Virus record (IMG/VR): IMGVR_UViG_3300046804_001959
DNA length: 36,150 nucleotides
From: a virus
Lineage: Duplodnaviria; Heunggongvirae; Uroviricota; Caudoviricetes
Direction: 5' to 3' (one strand)
The notes beneath the pieces are model-generated. The model was not told the DNA's origin. It was given only the letters and a program-made list of their open reading frames with translations, and ran no database searches. This document shows, one piece after another, positions 1 through 9,954 of the stretch. The position numbers were made by a program, and so were the translations under genes. Position 1 is the stretch's first letter; the number at the start of each line of letters is the position of its first letter.

Positions 1-520
1 CACGACGACGAATGTACTTCTCGACGAATGCCTTAGCACCAGAAAGCTGACCGATTACCTGCTTACCTACATAGTCAATGTTATAGATTGAGTAGCCGAT
101 CTCGAGATATTCTGGCCTCTCGTAAACACCGTCTGATAGACGAAAGATTTTTTCTGCCGGATACTGAACTTCAGCAGATGTACCGTATACAAGTTTAAAG
201 AACAGGTCGATCGATTGTTCTGTACCCTTCGAACGATATAGATCGAGCGAGTTCTTGACAAGCAGTTTCTTGTTGGTGGCAGTATCGAACTGAATGTTCT
301 TCAGATACTTCTCTTTGAAGTGAACGATGAAGTCGTCAGTCGTCTCGTCGATGTCACGATAGTTGGGTAGACGACGTGCATGATACAGCGGATTATTAGT
401 ATTTTCAAGCCACTCGTAATATGCCTTGACGAACGCGATGAAGTTCTCTCCCTCTTCTTGATAAAAAGAAGGGAATTGACTTTCAATTAACGGAGAGATT
501 CTCTTTTCGATGTTCTTCAT
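1..520 (-). CDS. gp7: Baseplate wedge subunit, T4 gp7-like (N-terminal part; runs off the window)
   Basis: Not in the ORF track. Read by hand from ATG 520, which overlaps the gp6 stop (TAATG): MKNIEKRISPLIESQFPSFYQEEGENFIAFVKAYYEWLE...LLVKNSLDLYRSKGTEQSIDLFFKLVY. This matches the gp7-like N-terminus of T4-like phages and follows gp6. Confidence 0.85.
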   Translation of the reverse strand, partial: MKNIEKRISPLIESQFPSFYQEEGENFIAFVKAYYEWLENTNNPLYHARRLPNYRDIDETTDDFIVHFKEKYLKNIQFDTATNKKLLVKNSLDLYRSKGTEQSIDLFFKLVYGTSAEVQYPAEKIFRLSDGVYERPEYLEIGYSIYNIDYVGKQVIGQLSGAKAFVEKYIRRR

Positions 521-2397
521 TATTCTCTGATCTGCTCGATGGTGACGTCGACGTCGTTTTCAAGGATATTTAGTATGACGTTCTGGGACGACGTGATGTC
601 CAGAGTACGTGGCTTAGCATAGATCTTGAGCGATGTACCAGTGTAGTTAGTGATACTAAAGTTGTTGATACGAATGATACCAGTATCGTAGTCGACTGTA
701 CCGATATCTACGATCGTTCTGTGTTGTGTACCTTGAGTATTCACGATCCTTACTACACCGTCACCGTCGTCTTCAAGACGACAGTTGGCAAGACCGTTGT
801 AAGTAAACGTCGAAGAGCGAACAACATGAATATCTTCGATCGGGTGGTTTACACTCTTACCAGGAACATCGTTTCTGAGAGGGTTCTTGAAGTCGATCGT
901 AACGTTCTGTCCAGATGTAACGACTCCTGAGCTAGCAAGCGATACGAGAGATCCACTTGTCGATGTAGCAGAAGATGTCACCGTCGTGCTCAGAACTGGA
1001 GTAAGATACTTGATCAGCTCTACTTCAGTCTCGTTACTGATGATGCTGTTCTCAGCCGTATCGATGCCACGAATGAATCTTGAATAACGTAATGTACGAC
1101 CAAAGTTGTTGAGATTCGTCGAAGCGTATCCAAGAATAGAATCGATAACGTAAGTACGAATATCTTCTGGGTTCAGACCGGTTCTGTTGATGTTGTACTT
1201 GATGTTTGTGTTGACGTACAAGTATGTGTAGTCAGGAGATACGAAGATCGGTTCGATGGCAACAGAAGATCTCGAACGCAAGAATCTCTTGTACTCGTTC
1301 TCTTTGATCTTTGGTAGACCGTCGACGTCTTGAAGGTCGATCGACAAGAAGATTCTGCCGTACTGAGGAGGAACTGCATCCTCACCACCATACGCAACAA
1401 CAGCGTTGATTTCTGGGAAGTTTGCTTTGAGAAGGTTCTCGTAATCTTCTGAAGTAACTGCTCTTTCTTGTGTAGTGAAAGCACGAGGAGCGTTGTACTT
1501 GATCGAGTTCATATCTTCGGCAACCGCTCCGTCAGCAGCCGCGCTTACGACTTCGATAGCGATGTTCGACTCGTTATCGATACGTGCTGTATTGTTGAAT
1601 CGATAAGCACCGTTCGGAAGCTCACCGTTACACACACGATACTCGATAACAACTACTGAGTTGTTCTTTGGCTTACGACCTACAACTCCATCACCGAACA
1701 CGACCTCATATGTATCGCCTACACCTGCCTGTAGAAAGAATACTTTTGAGTTGAGATCATATCCGAACATAGACGTTGCACGAGTGTAAGTGTGTGTGGT
1801 TGTTCCGTTGTCCTCGAACACGGTAACAAGCAGACTCTCAAGGTCAACTCTCTTGTTACTGATCTTATATACAAGAGGATTGTTGTAGTTTACGTTGTAC
1901 GTATCGCTAAGATAGTTACCTTCGTATACATCGATGCTATCGCTTGTATAAACAAAGTTCGAACCCGATGGAGAACGATTCGTGATAACGATGTTCTCTG
2001 TCGTGCTAAAACTATAAGTCGAGTCGTCTACACGTGTAGTAAAGATCGTTCCTTTCGGTACAACGATCGATCTCTTTGCAGAGTCTGCAGAAGTGATAGT
2101 TAGCTTGAGTGTAGCTTTAGCAGAGCGGAAAGAACGCGGCAGATAGTTCAGTTCCTTGGCATGAGAGATCACACTGTCACGTAGCTTTGCAGAATCAAGA
2201 AACATCTCGTTGCTGACCATGTTCAGATAGAACGCGTTCTGATATGTGTTGTATGCTAGAAGATCAAGCAAGACAGACATGTTACTTCCATCGAAGTCAT
2301 AGTCCTTGAATCGATCTTGAGCCTTCAAGAAGGTCTTGAGCGAGTCCTTGTAGGAATCGAAGTCTAACTGTGTAAGGACTATGCTGGAATCTGCCAT
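520..2397 (-). CDS. gp6: Baseplate wedge subunit gp6
   Basis: Motifs LDFDSYKDSLK..FKDYDFDGSNMSVLLDLLAYNT, FLDSAKLRDSVISHAKELNY and QERAVTSEDY; 625 aa; lies between gp25 and gp7. Confidence 0.95.
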   Translation of the reverse strand: MADSSIVLTQLDFDSYKDSLKTFLKAQDRFKDYDFDGSNMSVLLDLLAYNTYQNAFYLNMVSNEMFLDSAKLRDSVISHAKELNYLPRSFRSAKATLKLTITSADSAKRSIVVPKGTIFTTRVDDSTYSFSTTENIVITNRSPSGSNFVYTSDSIDVYEGNYLSDTYNVNYNNPLVYKISNKRVDLESLLVTVFEDNGTTTHTYTRATSMFGYDLNSKVFFLQAGVGDTYEVVFGDGVVGRKPKNNSVVVIEYRVCNGELPNGAYRFNNTARIDNESNIAIEVVSAAADGAVAEDMNSIKYNAPRAFTTQERAVTSEDYENLLKANFPEINAVVAYGGEDAVPPQYGRIFLSIDLQDVDGLPKIKENEYKRFLRSRSSVAIEPIFVSPDYTYLYVNTNIKYNINRTGLNPEDIRTYVIDSILGYASTNLNNFGRTLRYSRFIRGIDTAENSIISNETEVELIKYLTPVLSTTVTSSATSTSGSLVSLASSGVVTSGQNVTIDFKNPLRNDVPGKSVNHPIEDIHVVRSSTFTYNGLANCRLEDDGDGVVRIVNTQGTQHRTIVDIGTVDYDTGIIRINNFSITNYTGTSLKIYAKPRTLDITSSQNVILNILENDVDVTIEQIRE

Positions 2398-2825
2398 TAT
2401 CTTACTCTATAAAGGGTTAACTGAAGTGTTTGAGGGTTAGCATTATTTATGATCTCATAATAGACTGATACTTCGTATGAATGGTCGAACTCGTTCGAGA
2501 TCACTAATACATCTCTCACTCTTGCTCTCGGTTCGTGTTTGCCGATCGAATCTTTTACCGCGTCTTTAATAAGATCTGCTGTGATAACAGAAACGTCTTC
2601 GAACAAGAACCGACGAAGCCCACCTCCAAAATCTGGATTGAAGAGGCGTTCCCTTGTGTTTGTTGACAAGATATTACGCAGCGATCTTCTTACCGCTTGT
2701 TCATCGGTATAGAGAGCGAGTCTCTTGTTCTGTGGATGCACGTTAAAGTTGTTATAAAAATCCGAGAACACCGGATTTTTTTCAACCGTTTTTCTTGTGG
2801 TTAGAAAGTCTATTCTGTCTGCCAT
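2397..2825 (-). CDS. gp25: Baseplate wedge subunit gp25
   Basis: AVRRSLRNILST..ERLFNPDFGGGLRRFLFE...HEPRARV is the GPW/gp25 family signature. Confidence 0.93.
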   Translation of the reverse strand: MADRIDFLTTRKTVEKNPVFSDFYNNFNVHPQNKRLALYTDEQAVRRSLRNILSTNTRERLFNPDFGGGLRRFLFEDVSVITADLIKDAVKDSIGKHEPRARVRDVLVISNEFDHSYEVSVYYEIINNANPQTLQLTLYRVR

Positions 2826-2844
2826 GAAAACCCTGCTTTTATCT

Positions 2845-2852
2845 TATTTATG
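2845..2852 (-). promoter_or_regulatory. T4-type late promoter (CATAAATA) for gp25-gp6-gp7
   Basis: One mismatch to TATAAATA, 20 nt upstream of the gp25 ATG. Confidence 0.6.
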
Positions 2853-3303
2853 CTGGAATCAGTTCGCCGCCTGGTCCAATAGATGCAATCTCTGTCTCAG
2901 TGAAGTCATAATTTTCGATGTCTGCAGTTGGAATATCATCTGCGAGGTTGCCCACTGTTCCAGTATCTGCAAAGTTTTGATAGTCTTCGTTGGTGCCTAC
3001 CGCGTCGAGTGCTGGTCCTGGAGTACGGACGATCGTAAACAAGATCATCTTACCTGTCGACTTGTTAGTCTCGAGATACGAAACCATCTTTTCTCCCGCA
3101 TATGTGAAGTGATCCATGATGATGTCGTTATCTTCGTATCTGGTTACTTTTCCGTCAGTAAGAGTAGTTGTTCCTGGTTCAGGAGGTTGAGTAGGAGGGT
3201 TTCCAGGAGGACTTAAATCCCCATAAGAAGTGTCAGGAAATCCAGGAGCGTTGATGTCGGTAAAGAAGAAACCGTTCTCGCTGATCATGTAATCGTCTGT
3301 CAT
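2848..3303 (-). CDS. Hypothetical acidic, Pro/Thr-rich protein (probable virion component)
   Basis: Start moved to ATG 3303, which overlaps the upstream stop (ATGA). Lies within the baseplate operon; no family recognised. Confidence 0.7.
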   Translation of the reverse strand: MTDDYMISENGFFFTDINAPGFPDTSYGDLSPPGNPPTQPPEPGTTTLTDGKVTRYEDNDIIMDHFTYAGEKMVSYLETNKSTGKMILFTIVRTPGPALDAVGTNEDYQNFADTGTVGNLADDIPTADIENYDFTETEIASIGPGGELIPA

Positions 3304-4625
3304 ACCGGTCTTGCCCATTCTGGTGTCACTGAAGGATCTGGATTCGGTTCTAATCCGTACTTCGTTCTCTTGATCTCAATGCAATCTGGAAGAAATTTCA
3401 AGATCTGCTCAGGAATATCGAAGATCGGTTTCAAGATGATACTGATTACGAAGCAGACTGGAACCTTGCCACGGATGATGTTGATGATCAACTCAATAGT
3501 TCTGATGATCTTACCGATGATAGGGAACTGCTTCAGCAACCAACCTGGTGCCTTTAGAAGGATGTCATAGATCTTACCGATGAACTCACCTTGAAAGAAT
3601 CGCTTGATCTTTTCCATGGCATCTTCGAAGGCGTCTTCGATACGATGCCACAATCCTACTTTCGAGTGTACAGTTTCCTTCTTCTTTCTCTCTTTCTCTA
3701 CGAACCCAATGAGTTTTCCGAGAGTTCCGAACAGCGGGATCGGCAGATTCAATACAAAGTCTATCAGTTCTTGAAGTATTTTTTCTCCAAGATCCTTGAG
3801 TGCTTTGCCTGATAAGACGTCTTCTTTCGCTTTCTTGATCTTGGCTTTTAACTCTTCATACATCTTCTTGAGCTGTTCTTTGATCGGCTTTGTAGGATCG
3901 ATGAACAAACCTAACTTCTTGATCAACGGACCAATGATTGGGATCTTCGTAAGAAGTTTGATCATGGCATTGATACACTTTCCGATAAAGTCGCTCAGCA
4001 TCTCCTTCATCCATCTCATAGCCTTTTGCCAAAACTCTTCAGCTTCATGCTCTGGACTCTTGATGCCAAGAGTACCATCATACTTGTCACCTCCGAAGAA
4101 CTTCTTGATCGATTCGATATCCTCTGCAATAGCTGCTTTGATCTTGACTTTACCATCTTTCGTAAAGAAGTCTCTGATCACTGGCTGATAACGAACAGGG
4201 TTTCCGTTTGCATCGGTCAGTGTAACTGCAGTAATGAAAGGAATCGGCATCGCTAGGATGTCAGGAATTCCTAGGATCTTGATGATCTTCAGCAGAGCTT
4301 CTACGATCTTCTTCTGAAACCATACGTCGATTTCCTTGAAGAACTCACGAACTTTGTACTTCAGTTCCTCTTCTTTTGACTTGATCTTCTTCATGACATC
4401 TGTCATCAGAATGCCAGTGATATCGTCGATCAGCTTCTCAATTTTCTTGATAGCTTCGATGAGCTCTTTGGCACACTCGTCTTGAATGAACTTAGCTTGA
4501 AGCTTGAGCTGAGATACGATCTTCGAGATTCCTACAAAGTAATCTTCCATCTGACGGAAAGATATCTTTCCATCCGAACTGCAAAGTAAGTTAGGAACTT
4601 CAGGGATATAGACTACTGCTCTCAT
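3300..4625 (-). CDS. Hypothetical 441-aa amphipathic-helical protein downstream of gp5
   Basis: Long ORF with ATGA coupling at both ends. Lys/Ile-rich, with recurring P-I/L-I/F-G segments (IPIIGPLIK, IPLFGTLGK, FPIIGKII). Confidence 0.8.
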   Translation of the reverse strand: MRAVVYIPEVPNLLCSSDGKISFRQMEDYFVGISKIVSQLKLQAKFIQDECAKELIEAIKKIEKLIDDITGILMTDVMKKIKSKEEELKYKVREFFKEIDVWFQKKIVEALLKIIKILGIPDILAMPIPFITAVTLTDANGNPVRYQPVIRDFFTKDGKVKIKAAIAEDIESIKKFFGGDKYDGTLGIKSPEHEAEEFWQKAMRWMKEMLSDFIGKCINAMIKLLTKIPIIGPLIKKLGLFIDPTKPIKEQLKKMYEELKAKIKKAKEDVLSGKALKDLGEKILQELIDFVLNLPIPLFGTLGKLIGFVEKERKKKETVHSKVGLWHRIEDAFEDAMEKIKRFFQGEFIGKIYDILLKAPGWLLKQFPIIGKIIRTIELIINIIRGKVPVCFVISIILKPIFDIPEQILKFLPDCIEIKRTKYGLEPNPDPSVTPEWARPV

Positions 4626-5431
4626 GCATTCAACCCGATCAATGGACCCATCATGTCGATCACACCTGACTTCGACACTACCTGAACGCTACCGTTGTTT
4701 GCATAGATACCGACGTTTCCTTGGTTGGCATAGATGTCGACGTTCTGCTCTGCTGTGATGATGATCTTGCCTTGGTTCGATGTAACTTCGATATCCTTAC
4801 CGCCGTTCTCATCTCCTTGATTGAAGATGGAAATGTTACCGAACGCCAGTTGAATATGATCTTTGACAGATTTGGTAACGATCGTTCCATCTGGCAAGAT
4901 CTCGATGTATGAACCGGCTTTGTGAAAGATCTGAATACGTTCTGCACCAGGAGTATCATCGAACTCGAGTAGATGACCGCTACGAGTCGTCATCGTGTTG
5001 TTGTAAGGGTACTGAGCCTTGTACTTTGATTCTGGTTCGATCACTGAACCGTCTTCGCCTTTGATACGATTCTGAGTTTTCTTATCAGGCTCACCTTGGC
5101 CCCGAGCATAAGAAGATACACTGTGATTGCCTTCAGGTGCATAGTTCAATACACCCATCACGTATGCAGCAGCTTGATCAGGAAACTTGATACACATGAC
5201 ACGTGTACCTTTGAGCAGACCAGTCGGACTGACTCCCACACCGCCGATACCAGCGCTTATCGAAGGCATGATGATGTATGCCGGAAGTAGATCTTCTGAG
5301 GATACTTTGTTCGAGTGACCAAGGATTTCTCTGACCAATACTCTTCCTGTCTGAGGTTCATCAGCAGCCAGTCCCAGTTCTGAGACTGGATCCTCTGCTA
5401 CTACACCTTCGAAGAAATATGGTTGCTGCAT
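4622..5431 (-). CDS. gp5: Baseplate central spike gp5 (OB-fold plus beta-helix; no lysozyme domain)
   Basis: FFEGVVAEDP..GRVLVR N-terminus and YPYNNTMTTRSGHLLEFDDTPGAERIQIFHKAGSYIEI; only 269 aa. Confidence 0.92.
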   Translation of the reverse strand: MQQPYFFEGVVAEDPVSELGLAADEPQTGRVLVREILGHSNKVSSEDLLPAYIIMPSISAGIGGVGVSPTGLLKGTRVMCIKFPDQAAAYVMGVLNYAPEGNHSVSSYARGQGEPDKKTQNRIKGEDGSVIEPESKYKAQYPYNNTMTTRSGHLLEFDDTPGAERIQIFHKAGSYIEILPDGTIVTKSVKDHIQLAFGNISIFNQGDENGGKDIEVTSNQGKIIITAEQNVDIYANQGNVGIYANNGSVQVVSKSGVIDMMGPLIGLNA

Positions 5432-5441
5432 CTTATCATCC

Positions 5442-6728
5442 TTATGTGTGAGTCATCGGCAATCCGAGGATACCGTCTTTGACTATTTCAAGCCCTTGCA
5501 TGTACTCTGCTTTTTCATTGAAAGTCAGAACGTGTCGACATTTGGTTACGATGTAGTTACCCGCCGTCATCTGACTATCTTCTCTTACGGGATTATCCTG
5601 TCCTCGAGTAAGAGCATCTACTTCTGGAAGTTGGCAACGAATCACATCTCCAACCGAGATCGTGCTGTCACCGTAGATAGTTATCTGAGATACCGTAGTC
5701 AGGAAGTGTGCCATATAGAAAGGAAGATGGTTCTTCTTTTCAGCTCTTTCTGCGTTCTCAGTCTTTGGATCCACCATGACCAGGACGATGTTACCTTCAT
5801 CCTCGCCCATCTCGTTCTGAGTCTTGAGCGTAGCCGAGATCGACTTCTCGTTGAGAGTTTCAAAGTCGAGGTTCTTCGGATCTACTTTCCATGGAATGAT
5901 CTCGCCAGTCACACGATCCATTAGTTGTACTAAGTTATTCCCTGCACCAATTCTTCTAGCTACACCTTGATTGCCGTTCTGAATAGCCTTGAACGCTAAG
6001 ATGTTTCTCCACTTGGCACCATTAAAGTCCATGTTGGCAAGAGTAGACTGCATGAAACACTTATCGCCGATGTTTTGCTTGCCTTCTTTGATCAGCATTT
6101 CCATGCTCTTGAAAACGAAACCGTATTTGTTTTCGAAGAAATAGAATGCATGACCTTTGAACTCGGTCGACATGGCATACTCTACGCGAATCTGATCGAT
6201 GCACTCCATCGGAGTCTTTTCGGTAAAGTTAAAGGCATGAAGTCCGCGTGTCTTCTCTGCAAAGAGATCCTTCTTCGAGCCGATAGCATCGAGATATGCC
6301 TTGACCATCTTCTCACACTCGATCTTCTTGCGAGCAAGCGGAAGATTGCGAATCGTGGCAGATTTCCATACTTCGTAAGTTACACAAGATAACTTAAACG
6401 TCACACCTTTATCATCGTTGGTAGGAGTAACGCGATCGACCTTTACAACATACAACTCGTAACGAATAGAAGACTTTGGATTCGTTTCGTTTGTGCTAAA
6501 ATCGATCACGATCTTCTTATCAGTGAAGACGAAGCTGTTGAACATTCCCTTGGAATCATAGAAATCAAAGTCGGCGATCACGGATGGGTTTAGAACCGAT
6601 TCGTAGATGTTTGCTTGAACACAGACAGGAGTTAAATCGAGTGCTTTGCCACAGTCTACCGTCTTGGCAGTGGCATCGATCATCACGAACTCGTTGAGTT
6701 TATACTGTCCGTCTCTAATAGCGACCAT
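5442..6728 (-). CDS. Probable baseplate hub protein (gp27-like)
   Basis: Lies between gp53 and gp5. NIYESV, FYFFENKYGFVFKS and ITIYGDSTISVGDVI..GNYIVTKCRH are typical of gp27/GpD-like hubs. Confidence 0.65.
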   Translation of the reverse strand: MVAIRDGQYKLNEFVMIDATAKTVDCGKALDLTPVCVQANIYESVLNPSVIADFDFYDSKGMFNSFVFTDKKIVIDFSTNETNPKSSIRYELYVVKVDRVTPTNDDKGVTFKLSCVTYEVWKSATIRNLPLARKKIECEKMVKAYLDAIGSKKDLFAEKTRGLHAFNFTEKTPMECIDQIRVEYAMSTEFKGHAFYFFENKYGFVFKSMEMLIKEGKQNIGDKCFMQSTLANMDFNGAKWRNILAFKAIQNGNQGVARRIGAGNNLVQLMDRVTGEIIPWKVDPKNLDFETLNEKSISATLKTQNEMGEDEGNIVLVMVDPKTENAERAEKKNHLPFYMAHFLTTVSQITIYGDSTISVGDVIRCQLPEVDALTRGQDNPVREDSQMTAGNYIVTKCRHVLTFNEKAEYMQGLEIVKDGILGLPMTHT

Positions 6729-6729
6729 A

Positions 6730-7572
6730 TTATGTGCTTAACTTCTGAATAAATTGTTTCTCTACTTCTGCGAGGTACGACGACTTCAATACAGTAACGT
6801 TTCTCTTCAGTTCGTTCGTCTCTTGTTCTTCTTCGTATGCGTTGACTGCATACCAGTATTCGCCTTCAGCGTCACTGATATTCTGCTTGAGAAGAACAAT
6901 TTCCGAGATACCTTCAGATGTATTCGCTACGAAAGCTCCAGATACGTGTTTGACTGTAAGAGTATTGTTATCTGTATCCACGAAGTCAACTGTAGCGTAT
7001 GCTCCTGTGCTCGTTTGAGATACTCTGTCACCGATATCGAATGCAGCAGGAGATGCAGTAAGCTTGAGTAGAAGGATCTTATTGGTTGATACTACCCAAT
7101 CTTCTTTCATTCTTTCATAACCTAAGACCGCACCTGTATTGGTAATCTTTGCTTTCCAATACTTTCGAAGGTTCAGTGTCTCGTCTGCTTGTAAAGCTTC
7201 GTACTGCTGAACCGTAATCAAACGCTCGTCGTCGTGCCAATTGGTACGATAGTACTTAGTGATCAGTCTTGCGTTCGAAGTAGATCCGTACTTTCTATCG
7301 ATAAAGCTCTTAAACTCGCCGGTCGACTTATAGTAATCGTAGTAAGGATCGACGATATTGTTTGTCAGGTAGATCATCCAGTCAAACTGTGAAGACCCGT
7401 AGTAGTTGTAAGACAGTAGATCTGGTCTCTCGAATCCTTCTTCAAGCGTGAACTGGAAAGTAGAGTAGATGTCTTTCTTTGTCTGATCGGTGAAGTCGAC
7501 ACGTGCCAAGATATTCTTGGCAATGACTCCATCATAGTCGAGTACTGGAAAACGATCGAAGTATCTTGCCAT
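6730..7572 (-). CDS. gp53: Baseplate wedge subunit gp53
   Basis: MARYFDRFP..Y and ERPDLLSYNYYGSSQFDWMIYLTNNIVDPYYD; C-terminal NAYEEE..NELKRNVTVLK. Confidence 0.92.
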   Translation of the reverse strand: MARYFDRFPVLDYDGVIAKNILARVDFTDQTKKDIYSTFQFTLEEGFERPDLLSYNYYGSSQFDWMIYLTNNIVDPYYDYYKSTGEFKSFIDRKYGSTSNARLITKYYRTNWHDDERLITVQQYEALQADETLNLRKYWKAKITNTGAVLGYERMKEDWVVSTNKILLLKLTASPAAFDIGDRVSQTSTGAYATVDFVDTDNNTLTVKHVSGAFVANTSEGISEIVLLKQNISDAEGEYWYAVNAYEEEQETNELKRNVTVLKSSYLAEVEKQFIQKLST

Positions 7573-7578
7573 CTATTA

Positions 7579-8868
7579 TTACTCTTGATTGCTTGATTGT
7601 GTTTGACTACGAGCAGATTGAATGCCGCGTGTAACAGCCGCTTCTGTTTCTTTTAGAGTGTCTCGAATGTTGAAACCAGTGTTGGCTGCATTGAGACCCT
7701 TCTGAAGCTGATCGATAAGAGCATCAGTTCCTGCGGTTAGTCTATCTCCGCCTTCTCTACCGTAATCTCGCGACGTCTGAATCTGAGTTTCAAGCATTGA
7801 AATAGAAACTTCGATAAATGCCGGATGGTGTGTACCTTCGAAGAACGCGGGTAGACCTTGCGGAGAGTAGTTTAGCTCGACAGATTGGATCAAACAAGGT
7901 TGGAACGCGATCAGAGATTTTTCTCCGTTGATAACGAGTTCTGGCTGACATAAGAACGGATAAGCCAATGCGGCGGTTCCGAGTGTGCTGTATGAAGGAA
8001 GAGAATATGCTTTCAACGCTTTCAGCAACGTCATCAGCTGCTGGCTTTCGCGCGCGTTTCTTGGAGAGAAAGTCCATTCGAATCGGTGAGAACGCAGAGG
8101 CACACCGCTAAACAATGCCTGTAAGTGTGGGTTCGGAACGGCGCCGAAAGCTTGGCCAACGGAACTACCGAGGTCTCCTGACTTTTGAACGAGTTGACCG
8201 TATGCGATAGCCAGAGCAGCTTTAGTAATTTCGCCGGCTTGACCAGATCCATTCATCGATCCGACTTTGGCGATGGTATCGGCGATGCCTCCCATCATAC
8301 CAGTAGCTTCTTGTCCTACTTCGATTTCGAACGCTTCTCTGAGACCCTTCGGGAGAGGAAGAACAAATGCTTGCTTGAACGTAGTAGTACCTGCAGCTTC
8401 AGGAGCAGGACGCTGGTATTCTTTGAACTTAAATGCCATATAATACTGTGTAGGCATATGTTCAGGGAACTGCATCGAAGCAGTGCCGTCTTTGAGTTTG
8501 ATCTTGTTCGATGCACGTTGAATAGCATCCACGTATGTTTCCGCCGAGGCAGATGCACCGATGATGTTACCCTTATTCGGGTTGAAGTTGTTACGAATAT
8601 CTGCGCAAGATGCACGTTTCATCTCGCTCGTAAAAGTCTGGAAATACTTGTCCTCGAGGCCTGAAGTAAGAGCATCGCCGAATCTAGAAGAAAGTTCTGC
8701 AGCGATCTTATCAGATAGACCGAGTTTCTTTAGACCTTTTGCAAATAGGTCCTCGACAGCATTCTCGAGCTTGTCCTCGATCTTGTTTACTACTTTGTTC
8801 ACAAGCTTGTTCACAAGCCCGCCAGCATCTTTCTTAAAGCTGTCGATGTTTACTTTAACGAGTGCCAT
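7579..8868 (-). CDS. gp48: Baseplate tail-tube cap gp48
   Basis: VPNPHLQALFSGVPLRSHRFEWTFSPRNARES and PCLIQSVELNYSPQG. Start placed at ATG 8868, downstream of the late promoter. Confidence 0.88.
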   Translation of the reverse strand: MALVKVNIDSFKKDAGGLVNKLVNKVVNKIEDKLENAVEDLFAKGLKKLGLSDKIAAELSSRFGDALTSGLEDKYFQTFTSEMKRASCADIRNNFNPNKGNIIGASASAETYVDAIQRASNKIKLKDGTASMQFPEHMPTQYYMAFKFKEYQRPAPEAAGTTTFKQAFVLPLPKGLREAFEIEVGQEATGMMGGIADTIAKVGSMNGSGQAGEITKAALAIAYGQLVQKSGDLGSSVGQAFGAVPNPHLQALFSGVPLRSHRFEWTFSPRNARESQQLMTLLKALKAYSLPSYSTLGTAALAYPFLCQPELVINGEKSLIAFQPCLIQSVELNYSPQGLPAFFEGTHHPAFIEVSISMLETQIQTSRDYGREGGDRLTAGTDALIDQLQKGLNAANTGFNIRDTLKETEAAVTRGIQSARSQTQSSNQE

Positions 8869-8897
8869 GTTCTCTCTCAGATGATAAGCCTTAATGT

Positions 8898-8909
8898 TAT
8901 TTATAAATA
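8898..8909. promoter_or_regulatory. Overlapping divergent T4 late promoters (TATTTATAAATA palindrome)
   Basis: Perfect TATAAATA on + (8902-8909) and on - (8905-8898), between divergent gp48 and gp4. Confidence 0.9.
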
Positions 8910-8914
8910 GATCC

Positions 8915-9355
8915 ATGGCTTATCAGGGAAAGTTTCGACCAAAGAATACGAAGAAGTATATTGGCGACCCGAATAACATCATCTACCGCAGTCGATGGGA
9001 ATTGAAGTTCATGATGTACTTAGACTCCCATCCTAACGTGGTGCAATGGGGGAGTGAAGAACTAGTCATACCGTATCGTTCTCCGATCGATAATCGAGTA
9101 CATCGATACTTTCCAGACTTCGTTGTCAAGAAGAAAACGCCGGAAGGAAAGCTCGACACAGTTGTCGTCGAGATTAAACCTCATGCGCAGACCAAGCCCC
9201 CAGTGGTGATAAATAAACCTAATAAGCGCTATATCAACGAAGTCATGACATGGGGAGTCAACGAAGCAAAATGGAAAGCCGCAGCAGTCTTCTGCAACGA
9301 TCGTGGCTGGAAGTTTGAGATCTTGACTGAGAAAGAACTAGGAATCAAGTTTTAA
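8915..9355 (+). CDS. gp4: Head completion nuclease gp4
   Basis: MAYQGKFRPKNTKKYIGDPNNIIYRSRWE...RYFPDF...EIKP. Start set at ATG 8915, after the late promoter. Confidence 0.95.
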   Translation: MAYQGKFRPKNTKKYIGDPNNIIYRSRWELKFMMYLDSHPNVVQWGSEELVIPYRSPIDNRVHRYFPDFVVKKKTPEGKLDTVVVEIKPHAQTKPPVVINKPNKRYINEVMTWGVNEAKWKAAAVFCNDRGWKFEILTEKELGIKF

Positions 9356-9954
9356 TGGCAACGGTATTCGATACCATCATCACACAAGGTGTCCGCGCAG
9401 GTCAGATCCCTGCGCGTACTAATCAGGCGCGTGAATGGTTCCGTGAGACTGCTGGTAAGATGAACCGTGTCAACGAGCGTGAGATGATGCGAGGCGAAGT
9501 GAGTCGTATGACCACACAGCCTCTGCTCGGTTCGATGTACATGTTCTACTACGATCCGAAGTACAAGGAAGAGTTACCGTACTACGATAGATTTCCCCTC
9601 ATTTTCCCATACAAGAAGGTGAAAGGCGGGTTCATGGGACTCAACCTTCACTACCTTCCTCTACAGTTTCGAGCTAAACTGATGGATGGTCTATACGACT
9701 ATGCCAACAACACTCGCTACGACGAGTCGACCAAACTCAAGTTGAACTATGAACTTCTTACTCGTGCATCGAAGCTAAGATGGTTTCAACCTTGTATCAA
9801 ACATTACTTGACTCAACACGTACAATCGAAGTTCATGTACGTGTATCCTTCAGAATGGGACATCGCGCTGTTCCTTCCTACAGAACGCTTTGTCAAAGCA
9901 AAGAAGAACCAAGTCTGGATGGACAGCAAGAGAATGCTAGGAGTTAGTAAGTAA
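9355..9954 (+). CDS. gp2: DNA end protector protein gp2
   Basis: MYMFYYDPKYKEELPYYDRFPLI..GLNLHYLP..PCIKHYL..EWDIALFLPTERF. Confidence 0.95.
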   Translation: MATVFDTIITQGVRAGQIPARTNQAREWFRETAGKMNRVNEREMMRGEVSRMTTQPLLGSMYMFYYDPKYKEELPYYDRFPLIFPYKKVKGGFMGLNLHYLPLQFRAKLMDGLYDYANNTRYDESTKLKLNYELLTRASKLRWFQPCIKHYLTQHVQSKFMYVYPSEWDIALFLPTERFVKAKKNQVWMDSKRMLGVSK

